This document shows positions 39,008 to 47,286 of a stretch of DNA of 64,000 nucleotides, one piece after another. Positions within the stretch are counted from its first letter, which is position 1, and every line of letters begins with the position of its first letter. The stretch comes from an uncultured Syntrophaceae bacterium (lineage in GTDB: Bacteria > Desulfobacterota > Syntrophia > Syntrophales > UBA8958), in assembly GCA_964492965.1 (NCBI GenBank), contig CAZBME010000026.1:925-64924 (forward strand). The letters are read 5' to 3'. The notes beneath the pieces were generated by a model. It ran no database searches. It saw only the letters and a list, made by a program, of their open reading frames with translations, and was not told where the DNA came from. Made by a program: the position numbers and the translations under genes.

Positions 39008-39056
39008 AAGGGCGGTTCCGTTTCTGGTTGGGCAACCAGGGGAACCGCCCTTTTTT
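39008..39056. terminator. Strong hairpin between hcp and the small downstream gene
   Basis: AAGGGCGGTTCC (39008-39019) pairs with GGAACCGCCCTT (39041-39052), with an inner CTGGTTG/CAACCAG stem. The T-run is on the plus strand (39051-39056). On the minus strand only TTTCATTCT follows. Confidence 0.5.
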
Positions 39057-39068
39057 CATGGTTTCAAG

Positions 39069-40697
39069 TTAACCGAGGATGGCCTTCAAATCCTCATCCG
39101 GCGTTGCAATCGGCTTGATTCCGAAGTTCTTCACCAGGACATCGAGGACATTCGGTGAAACGAAGGCCGGAAGGGACGGACCCAGGCGGATATCCTTGAT
39201 TCCGAGGTATAGCAGGGTCAGAAGAATGGCCACGGCCTTCTGTTCATACCAGGACAGGACCATGGACAGGGGAAGATCGTTTACGCCGCACTCGAAGGCG
39301 TTTGCCAGGGCCACGGCAATCTGCACGGCCGAATAGGCGTCATTGCACTGCCCGATATCCAGAAGCCGGGGAATACCGCCGATATCGCCGAGGTCCTTAT
39401 CGAAGAAGCGAAACTTGCCGCAGGCTAGGGTCAGGACGACACAGTCGGCGGGGACCTTTTCGACGAATTCCGTATAGTAGTTCCGCCCCGGTTTGGCGCC
39501 GTCACAACCCGCCACGAGGAAGAAGTGGCGGATGTTCTTGTCCTTCACCGCCTGGATGACTGTACCGGCCACGCCCATGACGGCATTGCGGGCAAATCCG
39601 ACCATGAAGGTTTTGCCTGTCTTATCTTCGGAGAAACCAGGCAGTGACAGGGCCTTTTCGATGACAGGGGTAAAATTTCCGTCGGCGATATGGGTGACGC
39701 CGGGCCAGCCCACGAGGCCCGCCGTGAAGATATTGGCTTTATAACTATCCATGGGTTTCTGGATGCAGTTCGTGGTCATGAGAATAGCGCCTGGGAATGA
39801 TGAGAAATCTGCATGCTGATTCTGCCAGGCCGTTCCATAATGTCCGTAAAAGTGGGCATATTTTTTCAAGGCCGGATAGCCATGGGCGGGAAGCATCTCG
39901 CCATGGGTATAGACGTTAATCCCCTTCCCCTCCGCCTGCTTCAGAATCATCTCCAGATCCTTCAGATCATGTCCGGATATCAGAATGGACTTGCCGCTCT
40001 TAACGCCAAGGGGAACCGGTGTCGGAACGGGATGCCCATAGGCGCCCGTATTGGCCGCATCCAGTAGTTCCATGGCTTTCAGATTGATTTCTCCACATTT
40101 AAGTACAAGCCCGAGCAGGTCATTGAGCACAAGATCCTTATTCAAGGTTGCCGCCAGGCCTTCCTGACAGAAGGCATAGACAGCATCATCTTCCTGGCCG
40201 AGAATCCGGGCATGATCCGCATAGGCCGCAACCCCTTTTATGCCATACGTCAGGAGCTGCTGGAGAGAATGGATATCTGCATCCAATGACGGATCGGCCT
40301 GCACGCCAACGGCTTCCCCTTGCTTGATGAGGCCTTCCACGGTGGCATCGGGTGTGAATGTGGGAGCCCCTGCGGGGAAGCTCACATGGCCACCCGCGCC
40401 CCGGATCTTCGCCTTCAGATCTTCCCGATAATCCACGCAAGATTGGATCAGTGGGATAAAGCGGTCAAAATCAAAATTCACGTTCGTCAGTGTGGAAAAA
40501 AGGGCCTTCATCATGAAAACATTGACGTTATTGTCATTGATTCCCGCCTTACGCCCCTCCACGGCCACGAGAGAAAGCCCCTTCAGGGCATATACCAAAA
40601 GATCCTGGAGCGCGGCCACCTCTGACGGCTTGCCACATACCCCCGCCTTTGTGCATCCTGTACCTCGAAACGTCTGCTCGCATTGAAAACAAAACAT
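39069..40697 (-). CDS. hcp: Hybrid cluster protein / hydroxylamine reductase
   Basis: N-terminal MFCFQCEQT ... GCTKAGVCGK cysteine motif and family-typical length. ATG 40697 is 5 nt after GGAGG. The tracked TTG start lies within the RBS. Confidence 0.92.
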   Translation of the reverse strand: MFCFQCEQTFRGTGCTKAGVCGKPSEVAALQDLLVYALKGLSLVAVEGRKAGINDNNVNVFMMKALFSTLTNVNFDFDRFIPLIQSCVDYREDLKAKIRGAGGHVSFPAGAPTFTPDATVEGLIKQGEAVGVQADPSLDADIHSLQQLLTYGIKGVAAYADHARILGQEDDAVYAFCQEGLAATLNKDLVLNDLLGLVLKCGEINLKAMELLDAANTGAYGHPVPTPVPLGVKSGKSILISGHDLKDLEMILKQAEGKGINVYTHGEMLPAHGYPALKKYAHFYGHYGTAWQNQHADFSSFPGAILMTTNCIQKPMDSYKANIFTAGLVGWPGVTHIADGNFTPVIEKALSLPGFSEDKTGKTFMVGFARNAVMGVAGTVIQAVKDKNIRHFFLVAGCDGAKPGRNYYTEFVEKVPADCVVLTLACGKFRFFDKDLGDIGGIPRLLDIGQCNDAYSAVQIAVALANAFECGVNDLPLSMVLSWYEQKAVAILLTLLYLGIKDIRLGPSLPAFVSPNVLDVLVKNFGIKPIATPDEDLKAILG

Positions 40698-40778
40698 AGT
40701 ATCCTCCAAAAAATGAATTCATGCCTTCCGAGGATAGGCAATGTGTGACTGATATACAGAAAGCCGCAGATGTATTCC

Positions 40779-40792
40779 TTGACTTAAATCAA
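40779..40792 (-). promoter_or_regulatory. CRP/FNR-family (FNR/HcpR-type) binding-site candidate upstream of hcp
   Basis: TTGAC-TTAA-ATCAA, which matches TTGAT-N4-ATCAA at 9 of 10 half-site positions. It is centred about 88 nt upstream of the hcp ATG. Confidence 0.45.
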
Positions 40793-40805
40793 ATACGGCA
40801 ATTTA

Positions 40806-42365
40806 TCAATCCATCGGAAGAGAAACTATTTTTGAGTCCTTTAACCCTTTGCACGGCAAAGCCTTTGGTTTAAGAGAATAATCCGGATCAGACGATACGA
40901 GAGGGAGAACATCACCAGGACCCGGCGCCTCCGCTGCAAAGCCGAGGTTTTCACGAATAACCCGGGCCAGCCCGAGGGTGTTATCCTTTTCTCCATGGAC
41001 AACAAACACCTTCTTGGTCTTCGAAAAGCGGGACAACCAGGCCAATATCTGGCAACCATCGGCGTGACCGGAAAACACGCTAAATGACTTCACCTGCATT
41101 CTCACATACCTTTCGATAAACTCGTCGGGCATTCCCTGTTCACTTTTGCCTGTTGGTATTCTGACAGTCCCGGCCCCCTTTTGCAGTTTCTCTCCAAGCG
41201 TACCGGGGGCCTGCCAGCCGACAATGGCCAACAGATTTCTTTCATCGCCGACCATCCTTTCCAGATGCCGCGGGGCCTGTCCATGGTCTAGCATCCCGCT
41301 GGACGTCACATAGATGGCCGGATATCCCCTTTCATGAGCTGCCAGAGATTCCCGGCCGGAGACCTGGTGGAGATCCGGGATAAACAGAGGATTGTCATGA
41401 ATGTTTTGTTTATTGGCTTCAGGGGCGTCGCTTTTCAGATAGAAACGATAAACGCTGGTGATCGCCGCGGCACTGGGGCTATCGGCGTAAACAGGAACAT
41501 CCGCAGGGATAAGGCCTTCCTTTTTCAGCCTTCCCAAGATATAAAGCACTTTTTGGGTGCGGTCGAGGGTAAAGGCGGGGATCAGTACACTGCCGCCCGA
41601 CAGGATGGTTTTTCGCAAGGCATGCCCAAAATCACGATAATTTTTATCATCCCGTCTCGACGGCCCGTACGTGGATTCAACGATAATGTAGTCGCCCTCA
41701 ACGACGGCTGCCGGCGGCGGTAGCAGGGGGATGAGGCCACTGCCCATATCTCCCATGAAAATGATTTTGATTGGCCCCTTCTTATCAGTAAGCCACAGTT
41801 CAAACATGGCCGATCCCAGGATATGCCCGGCATTCTGCAACCGGAGGCTCAAATGGGGTGAAGGGGATATTTTCTGATCATAGGGCACTGCCAGATAGTT
41901 GTTTAACATCGCTTCAATATCTTCGCGGCTGTAGCCGGCCAGCCCCCGCTCTTCCAATATTCGCCTAGACTGCTCCAAGGTAATCTTCAAGAGAGACCGG
42001 GTGGCATCCGTCCCAATCACCTTACCCTTGAATCCTTTCTTGAAGAGAAGAGGGATACGCCCGGCATGATCCATATGGGCATGGGTAACCAGGATATAGT
42101 CGAGAAGTGCGGGATCGAAGGGCAGATCAATCTGGGCATCACGGTTTTTTTCATCCGGGATGGCGCCAAAATCGATAAGGAGGTGGAGATTTCCCGTATC
42201 AATCAGGCATGCGGAACCGCCGATCGTCCGGGCAGCCCCAAGAAAGCAAATCGACGGAAGTACGTTTGTCCCTGCTGTCCATGAAAAAGCAGGACATAAA
42301 AAAAGAAGGCAGGCTACGATCAATAAAAAGCCTGCCCTCTTCATGATGGAAAACCTTTTACCCAC
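40806..42365 (-). CDS. Metallo-beta-lactamase / beta-CASP family hydrolase with an N-terminal export (possibly lipoprotein) signal
   Basis: MBL motifs THAHMDHAG, AGHILGSA, GDMG. Beta-CASP-type motifs ESTYG, SGMLDHG, SGHAD, VHGE. The N-terminus is MGKRFSIMKRAGFLLIVAC, with a possible lipobox IVAC. ATG 42344 is an alternative start. Confidence 0.8.
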   Translation of the reverse strand: MGKRFSIMKRAGFLLIVACLLFLCPAFSWTAGTNVLPSICFLGAARTIGGSACLIDTGNLHLLIDFGAIPDEKNRDAQIDLPFDPALLDYILVTHAHMDHAGRIPLLFKKGFKGKVIGTDATRSLLKITLEQSRRILEERGLAGYSREDIEAMLNNYLAVPYDQKISPSPHLSLRLQNAGHILGSAMFELWLTDKKGPIKIIFMGDMGSGLIPLLPPPAAVVEGDYIIVESTYGPSRRDDKNYRDFGHALRKTILSGGSVLIPAFTLDRTQKVLYILGRLKKEGLIPADVPVYADSPSAAAITSVYRFYLKSDAPEANKQNIHDNPLFIPDLHQVSGRESLAAHERGYPAIYVTSSGMLDHGQAPRHLERMVGDERNLLAIVGWQAPGTLGEKLQKGAGTVRIPTGKSEQGMPDEFIERYVRMQVKSFSVFSGHADGCQILAWLSRFSKTKKVFVVHGEKDNTLGLARVIRENLGFAAEAPGPGDVLPLVSSDPDYSLKPKALPCKGLKDSKIVSLPMD

Positions 42366-42370
42366 TTTTT

Positions 42371-42898
42371 TCAGGGCACCCTGAATTTAAAGCTGTGGCA
42401 TTGACTGCAGAAGTTTTCCGATTTGGCATGCTGGTGATGGCAAAGGTTACAATCCAGCGATGTCCCGTAATGAGGAGATGTATGGGGATTCTCGGGCTTC
42501 ACTTTCGCCGTTTTTTCCGCCAACTTGTCTGTGCTGCCGTGGCAGGCGACACATTTATCCATCTTCAGGGCTTCCTGCTTTTTAGCCTTACCGTGACAAC
42601 TGATGCAGTTCACGCCCGACAACTGATGAATGTGGCTACCGGGCATCTTGCCGACAAGCTCCATTTTGCCTTCCTTATGGCAGGATTTACATCCCTGCCA
42701 ATTCATCGCCTTGGTATCAGGATGGCCGTCCGGTAAAATCTTGTCTTTCCCATGGCAAGCCGCACAATCACCGGCCTTTGCCTTGGGATTCATCTTGGGA
42801 GCCGCTGACGCGACCTGTGAAAATGCCAGTGCCAAAAAAAGGCAGAGAAAAATGATCATCCAGGATCGTAAATATCCCCATTTTACCTTTGTAGCCAT
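42371..42898 (-). CDS. Periplasmic hexahaem cytochrome c
   Basis: Signal peptide ending ASAAP. Six CXXCH motifs (CAACH, CKSCH, CISCH, CVACH, CNLCH, CSQCH) in 175 aa. Confidence 0.8.
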   Translation of the reverse strand: MATKVKWGYLRSWMIIFLCLFLALAFSQVASAAPKMNPKAKAGDCAACHGKDKILPDGHPDTKAMNWQGCKSCHKEGKMELVGKMPGSHIHQLSGVNCISCHGKAKKQEALKMDKCVACHGSTDKLAEKTAKVKPENPHTSPHYGTSLDCNLCHHQHAKSENFCSQCHSFKFRVP

Positions 42899-42963
42899 AG
42901 CGATCCTCCCGGGATTGAATTATGGTAGGGCGCGTCTTCGACACCCCCTACCTATATGGTGAA

Positions 42964-44529
42964 TTAACCCCAACCCTTTTCTTTCGCTGCGTTCTGACCG
43001 GCGATGCGGCCAAAAATTAAGCAGTCCAGGGTTGCACAGCTACCCAGACGAACCGCCCCATGGACGCCGCCGGTCACTTCACCGGCTGCATACAGCCCCG
43101 GGATTGGTTTATCTGTCATGACATCCGTGGCCTGCGCCATCGTATTCATGTTGATGCCGCCCATACAATGGTGCACCTTGGGCGTAAGGCGAAGGGCGTA
43201 ATAGGGGCCTTTCGTAAGAGGTTGTTGATTCTTCTGGAGATAACGGCCCCATTCCTCATCCTTGCCCGCCAAAACACCCTTGTTGAATTTATCAATGGTT
43301 TCCTTCAGCGGCTCGACGGGACAATTGTAACCCGCAGCCATCTCTTCCAGGGTTGCGTAAGATTTGACGACGCCTCTTTCAATAATTTTGGGCATCATCT
43401 CTCCCAACAGCTTCTGACCGATTGCATAGCCGCCGGCATCAGTAAAGGCGATACATTTGTTCCCAACCCTGATAATGGCGTCGGCACGGATCTTTCGATC
43501 CGCCAGTTCATTAACCAAGCGCTTGCCCGTCTTCGAGTCAACCCACAAACCATACATGGCACAGCATAGCTGAGCAAAGAACGGCGAAAGTCCCATGCCT
43601 TTTTCATCGGGGCTGCCCCAGGGACCCAGCTGGATCCAGGAGAGCTGCAAGGGTGTGCAGCCGATGCGCAGGGCCTCGCGCAGGGCTTCGGCCGTGGCGC
43701 CGGGGTGATTCGTTGAGGGAAATTCCGCCGTGAGGCGGGGATCCTGGATAGTCCGGAAGGCTACATCGTTACCGAATCCGCCCGTAGCCATGATGACAGC
43801 CTTTTTGGCCTTGATCTTCTTTATTTTGCCGCTGTCCACTTTCGGGAAAACATAGCCTTCCCGAATCTCGACGCCCTTGACTCTGCCTGCGCCGTCCTCA
43901 TCCCGGTAGATTTTGGTCAGGAAGCACTGGACTCTGGGCTGCACTCCCAATTCTCTCAATTTGGTCAATTGCTGTGTCACGATGGCCGAACCGCTTTGAT
44001 TGTAGGTGCTGTACATCCTGGGGACGGAATGACCGCCTTCCTGGGTCAGTTCCTCTTTGTACTGGACGCCGAGCTCATTGATCGTCCACTGGACAGTTTC
44101 GTTAGACTGGTCGGCCACGATTTTTGCCAGTTCAACATGGTTCAGATTCAGGCCGGCCGCTAACATGTCCTTCAGCAACAGCTCCGGTGAATCCTTAATG
44201 CCTGCTTTGGCCTCTTTGGGAGAGCCGGCGGCCGAAACCACACCGCCGTTAATAATGGAATTTCCTCCGGGTGTCCGCATTTTTTCCAGGATCACGACAG
44301 AGGCGCCGGCCTTCTTTGCTTCATAGGCGGCGGCAAGACCTGCAAAACCGCTGCCGATAACCACAACATCATAGGCTTCATCCCATTTCCTGGGTAATGG
44401 CGCCGCTTCGGATTTTGTCGCGGTAAGGCTAAGGCCACTGGTCACGATACCTGCAGCGGCAACAGCGCCGGTTGTCTTCAAAAAATTCCGTCTTGTCAGC
44501 TTCTTGGTTGTCTTTACATTTTCAGTCAT
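42964..44529 (-). CDS. Tat-exported FAD flavoprotein of the soluble fumarate-reductase / flavocytochrome-c family (substrate unknown)
   Basis: Tat signal TRRNFLKTTGAVAAAG. FAD dinucleotide fold DVVVIGSGFAGLAAA. Family motifs HHCMGGI and GLYAAGEVTGGVHG. ATG 44529 is 6 nt after GGAGG. Confidence 0.8.
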   Translation of the reverse strand: MTENVKTTKKLTRRNFLKTTGAVAAAGIVTSGLSLTATKSEAAPLPRKWDEAYDVVVIGSGFAGLAAAYEAKKAGASVVILEKMRTPGGNSIINGGVVSAAGSPKEAKAGIKDSPELLLKDMLAAGLNLNHVELAKIVADQSNETVQWTINELGVQYKEELTQEGGHSVPRMYSTYNQSGSAIVTQQLTKLRELGVQPRVQCFLTKIYRDEDGAGRVKGVEIREGYVFPKVDSGKIKKIKAKKAVIMATGGFGNDVAFRTIQDPRLTAEFPSTNHPGATAEALREALRIGCTPLQLSWIQLGPWGSPDEKGMGLSPFFAQLCCAMYGLWVDSKTGKRLVNELADRKIRADAIIRVGNKCIAFTDAGGYAIGQKLLGEMMPKIIERGVVKSYATLEEMAAGYNCPVEPLKETIDKFNKGVLAGKDEEWGRYLQKNQQPLTKGPYYALRLTPKVHHCMGGINMNTMAQATDVMTDKPIPGLYAAGEVTGGVHGAVRLGSCATLDCLIFGRIAGQNAAKEKGWG

Positions 44530-44663
44530 CTTGAACCTCCAATAAAAATGATTTGCTACAAATGATAAATACAATCTCCACTCTGTCGATCATCCATTTC
44601 ATCTGTAGTTTTAGAATCAATTTTTTGCAACGGGCCGAACTTTCGGAGGCGCATTGCCTTTAA

Positions 44664-44692
44664 TTTGTACGCTTTTGTCATATTTCTGTCAA
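44664..44692 (-). promoter_or_regulatory. Sigma-70-like promoter candidate for the flavoprotein operon
   Basis: On the minus strand: TTGACA (44692-44687), a 17-nt spacer, then TACAAA (44669-44664). Confidence 0.3.
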
Positions 44693-44796
44693 TCTTAATC
44701 GTTTTATATCCCAATCGGAGAAATAACTGTTGAATAATTCAGATTTTTTTTATAGCCTCTCAACATAGTATCGGATGGGGAGAGCATCAGCTGATC

Positions 44797-45624
44797 ATGA
44801 AACCGGAAGCAATAAAAGGCAAGGTGCAAGCAGAAAAAGCCCTGCTCAATAAACTGACCCGCCTGACAAAACAGGTGTCTCTTGGCAACTATACCAAAGC
44901 CCGATCACTCTTTGAATTAACCATAACAGCAACCCACCCCAAGGTAATTGCGGAACTGGCTGAGTCCTTCGGCATGATGATCGTCAAGGTCGAAAGCAGG
45001 GAATTTAAACTGGAACAGCTGGTGGAAGCTCTGGAGAATACGTGTAGAAACCTGACCGCCGCCAAGAAGGCTCTTGAATCATTCAACCAAACCCTGGGGA
45101 AAAAGGTTAAGGAACAAACGGAGCAATGGCACCACAAAAACAGCGAACTCACCCATACGCTGCAGATGCTGAAGACCGAGATTAAGGAGCGCAGGCAGGC
45201 CGAAAAGAAATCGAGACAGCTCTATGATCAGCTTGAAGAGGCCAACCGCAAGCTGATGGACGCCTATCTCTGGATGCGGCAAAAAAAAGACAGGCTAGCT
45301 GCCAGGCAGTATACGGAAAGCATCGTCTTTTTGGTGGAAGATGACGGCAGGATATGCGGTGTTACGGAAAATGCGGTAGAGTTGACGAAAAAAAAGCGTT
45401 CGGATCTTGATAACTGCCATATCCAGGATGTTCTGACGACGGTGAAGGGGCAAACATTTGAAGCCATCCTTCGACAGGCAAGGCCCAAATTGTCCTACCT
45501 GACAAACCTTCAGCTCAAAGATCAGCCGGACAATCAGACCCTTTACGAGGCCAAACTGACCCGCGTTGCTTTGGATGGGAAAAGGCTGATCACCATCGTG
45601 CTCCATGAACCCGTAGAGAAATAA
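44797..45624 (+). CDS. Hypothetical cytoplasmic protein: HAMP-remnant-like N-terminus, long coiled coil, PAS-like C-terminal part
   Basis: AELAESFGMMIVKVESREFKLEQL resembles the end of a HAMP/signalling helix. The central part is heptad-rich. No output domain is recognisable. Confidence 0.45.
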   Translation: MKPEAIKGKVQAEKALLNKLTRLTKQVSLGNYTKARSLFELTITATHPKVIAELAESFGMMIVKVESREFKLEQLVEALENTCRNLTAAKKALESFNQTLGKKVKEQTEQWHHKNSELTHTLQMLKTEIKERRQAEKKSRQLYDQLEEANRKLMDAYLWMRQKKDRLAARQYTESIVFLVEDDGRICGVTENAVELTKKKRSDLDNCHIQDVLTTVKGQTFEAILRQARPKLSYLTNLQLKDQPDNQTLYEAKLTRVALDGKRLITIVLHEPVEK

Positions 45625-45654
45625 ACCTGCGTTACCTTTGCCTTCACCTTGATT

Positions 45655-46326
45655 TCATCTTTGGTTTAGAGAGGCAATCAGAGCTGCAAAATACAGGGCA
45701 AAGGCTCCGAAACGGCCGTCATGGCTCAAGCTGATATCTACATTCGTTTTCAGTCCTCCGGCCAGGACGTAGGGAGGGCCATCCCCTACCGCTGTCCGCG
45801 AGCGGTGGATCGATATAGAAGTCGAGGGCATATCAAGAACAGCGGCAATACGATCGACAGCCGCCTTGCGCAAGCGAAACGATCCATCCATGCCCTCGTC
45901 AAGAGGGATCACCTGTGATATCATTCTTTCATCGGGCCGGCAGGCCCCGATCATCGCAAGACAATGGACATAATCGGGAGCGAACAACGTCCGGAAAGAG
46001 ACATCACCGGCAGGCGTCTCGACAACACCGGGTAACTCTATGGGGTCGATCCCGCACAAACAGGAGCCCAAGTCCTGATTATTGAACTTGACGTTGTATT
46101 GCCTGGGCGAGGAAGGAAAATCGGGAATACTTTTGCTTATCGCTTTGAAGGCCCCTTCTTTGCCTGCCCAAATGGCCCAGAGAACAGCGTCCGCCCATTG
46201 ATTTGCCTGTCTTATGAGATCCTGTTCATCATGCGTGAAGACGCGGTCGAGAAAACGCCCGTCCCGGCTCTTCCCCCGGTTCTCCAACGCCGTCAGATCG
46301 ACGATGTCGTTGCCGATGCTTGGCAA
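45655..46326 (-). CDS. 4'-phosphopantetheinyl transferase (AcpS-like N-terminal half with a C-terminal extension)
   Basis: IGNDIVDL near the N-terminus and WAGKEGAFKA about 45 aa later. TTG start. Overlaps the upstream acyltransferase ORF by 98 nt. Confidence 0.65.
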   Translation of the reverse strand: MPSIGNDIVDLTALENRGKSRDGRFLDRVFTHDEQDLIRQANQWADAVLWAIWAGKEGAFKAISKSIPDFPSSPRQYNVKFNNQDLGSCLCGIDPIELPGVVETPAGDVSFRTLFAPDYVHCLAMIGACRPDERMISQVIPLDEGMDGSFRLRKAAVDRIAAVLDMPSTSISIHRSRTAVGDGPPYVLAGGLKTNVDISLSHDGRFGAFALYFAALIASLNQR

Positions 46327-47035
46327 AATACTCTTCCTCCATCCGGGTCAGCTGTTGAATAATCTGACCGGCGTATTCCCGATGGGCGCGTAATCCCTGC
46401 ATCTCCGTCCGCACAGGGAGAAACGCCTTGAGCATCATTGTAAAGCGATCCCCCCTGGGGGGGAAATTGCTGTAAGTCTCTTGATGATCACCGCGCAGGT
46501 AAACGCACAACACGCGGCAATCGTCTTGATCGGCGACAAAGCGCCCCACTCCGTAGGAGTAGTTTTCCTGGTTGATTCTGCCCGTTCGCGACCGTCCGCC
46601 TTCGGGAAAGATCAGGAGATACTGATTTGCCTCCATGAGATTGTGACACGCTTCCAGGGTTCTTTTCATTTCCTCCCGATCGCCTCCCCGACTGACGGGG
46701 AGGCATTTCGACAGGTAGCAGAGAATGGTCAGAATCAAATGCCGTTGAAAGTTGGCCCGCTCCGGCAGGTTCCAGGGCACCCTTTCATACCGGCACAAAT
46801 GGTCGGGCAGGGACAACAGGCCATAAGTCAAAATCAGGGAATCGATCATCGTCAGATGGTTGGCACAGATCAGCCATGGACCACGATGTTCCCGGAGGAG
46901 GTCCTTCCATTGCTTGCGCATCCGCTTCAAATCCCGAATCCTGTACCCCATTAGCCTCAGAAACAGAAAATAAAGGGGCGCTATCAAGAAAGAAGCGAAT
47001 CTGCCGGCAGATTCCTGAAAGATCTGCGGATTCAT
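46229..47035 (-). CDS. PlsC-family (lysophospholipid/glycerol-3-phosphate type) acyltransferase
   Basis: HX4D block CANHLTMID and FPEGGRS block. ATGA overlap with the ACP gene. Confidence 0.8.
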   Translation of the reverse strand: MNPQIFQESAGRFASFLIAPLYFLFLRLMGYRIRDLKRMRKQWKDLLREHRGPWLICANHLTMIDSLILTYGLLSLPDHLCRYERVPWNLPERANFQRHLILTILCYLSKCLPVSRGGDREEMKRTLEACHNLMEANQYLLIFPEGGRSRTGRINQENYSYGVGRFVADQDDCRVLCVYLRGDHQETYSNFPPRGDRFTMMLKAFLPVRTEMQGLRAHREYAGQIIQQLTRMEEEYFAKHRQRHRRSDGVGEPGEEPGRAFSRPRLHA

Positions 47036-47280
47036 CCCAGTTTCTGCTGAACGAGACTAACGGCGTTTCCGATGGTGCGAATCTTATCCGCCTCGTCGTC
47101 CTCAATGGTGATATCAAAAACATCTTCGCACTTGATGATCACATCAACAAGCCGCGCCGAGTTGACCTTCAAATCATCCAGAATATGGGTCTCCAGGGTT
47201 GCCTTGTCCAGAAGACTCGTATCTTTTGTGTAAAGCTTCAGAATTTCTACCATTTTCTCAAAAATTTGTTTCTCATCCAT
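47032..47280 (-). CDS. Acyl carrier protein (cluster-specific)
   Basis: 82 aa and acidic. The phosphopantetheine-site context is LDDLKVNSARLVDVI. Confidence 0.8.
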   Translation of the reverse strand: MDEKQIFEKMVEILKLYTKDTSLLDKATLETHILDDLKVNSARLVDVIIKCEDVFDITIEDDEADKIRTIGNAVSLVQQKLG

Positions 47281-47286
47281 ACCAGA

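Noticed and set aside
38970-39059. Longer start (ATG 39059) for the L7/L12-CTD-like ORF
   Set aside because: The extra 30 codons are encoded by the hcp-proximal 12-bp hairpin and its loop, so they are very unlikely to be translated.
44740-44766. TTGAAT-15-TATAGC promoter-like sequence upstream of the coiled-coil ORF
   Set aside because: The 15-nt spacer is too short and the -10 hexamer is weak.
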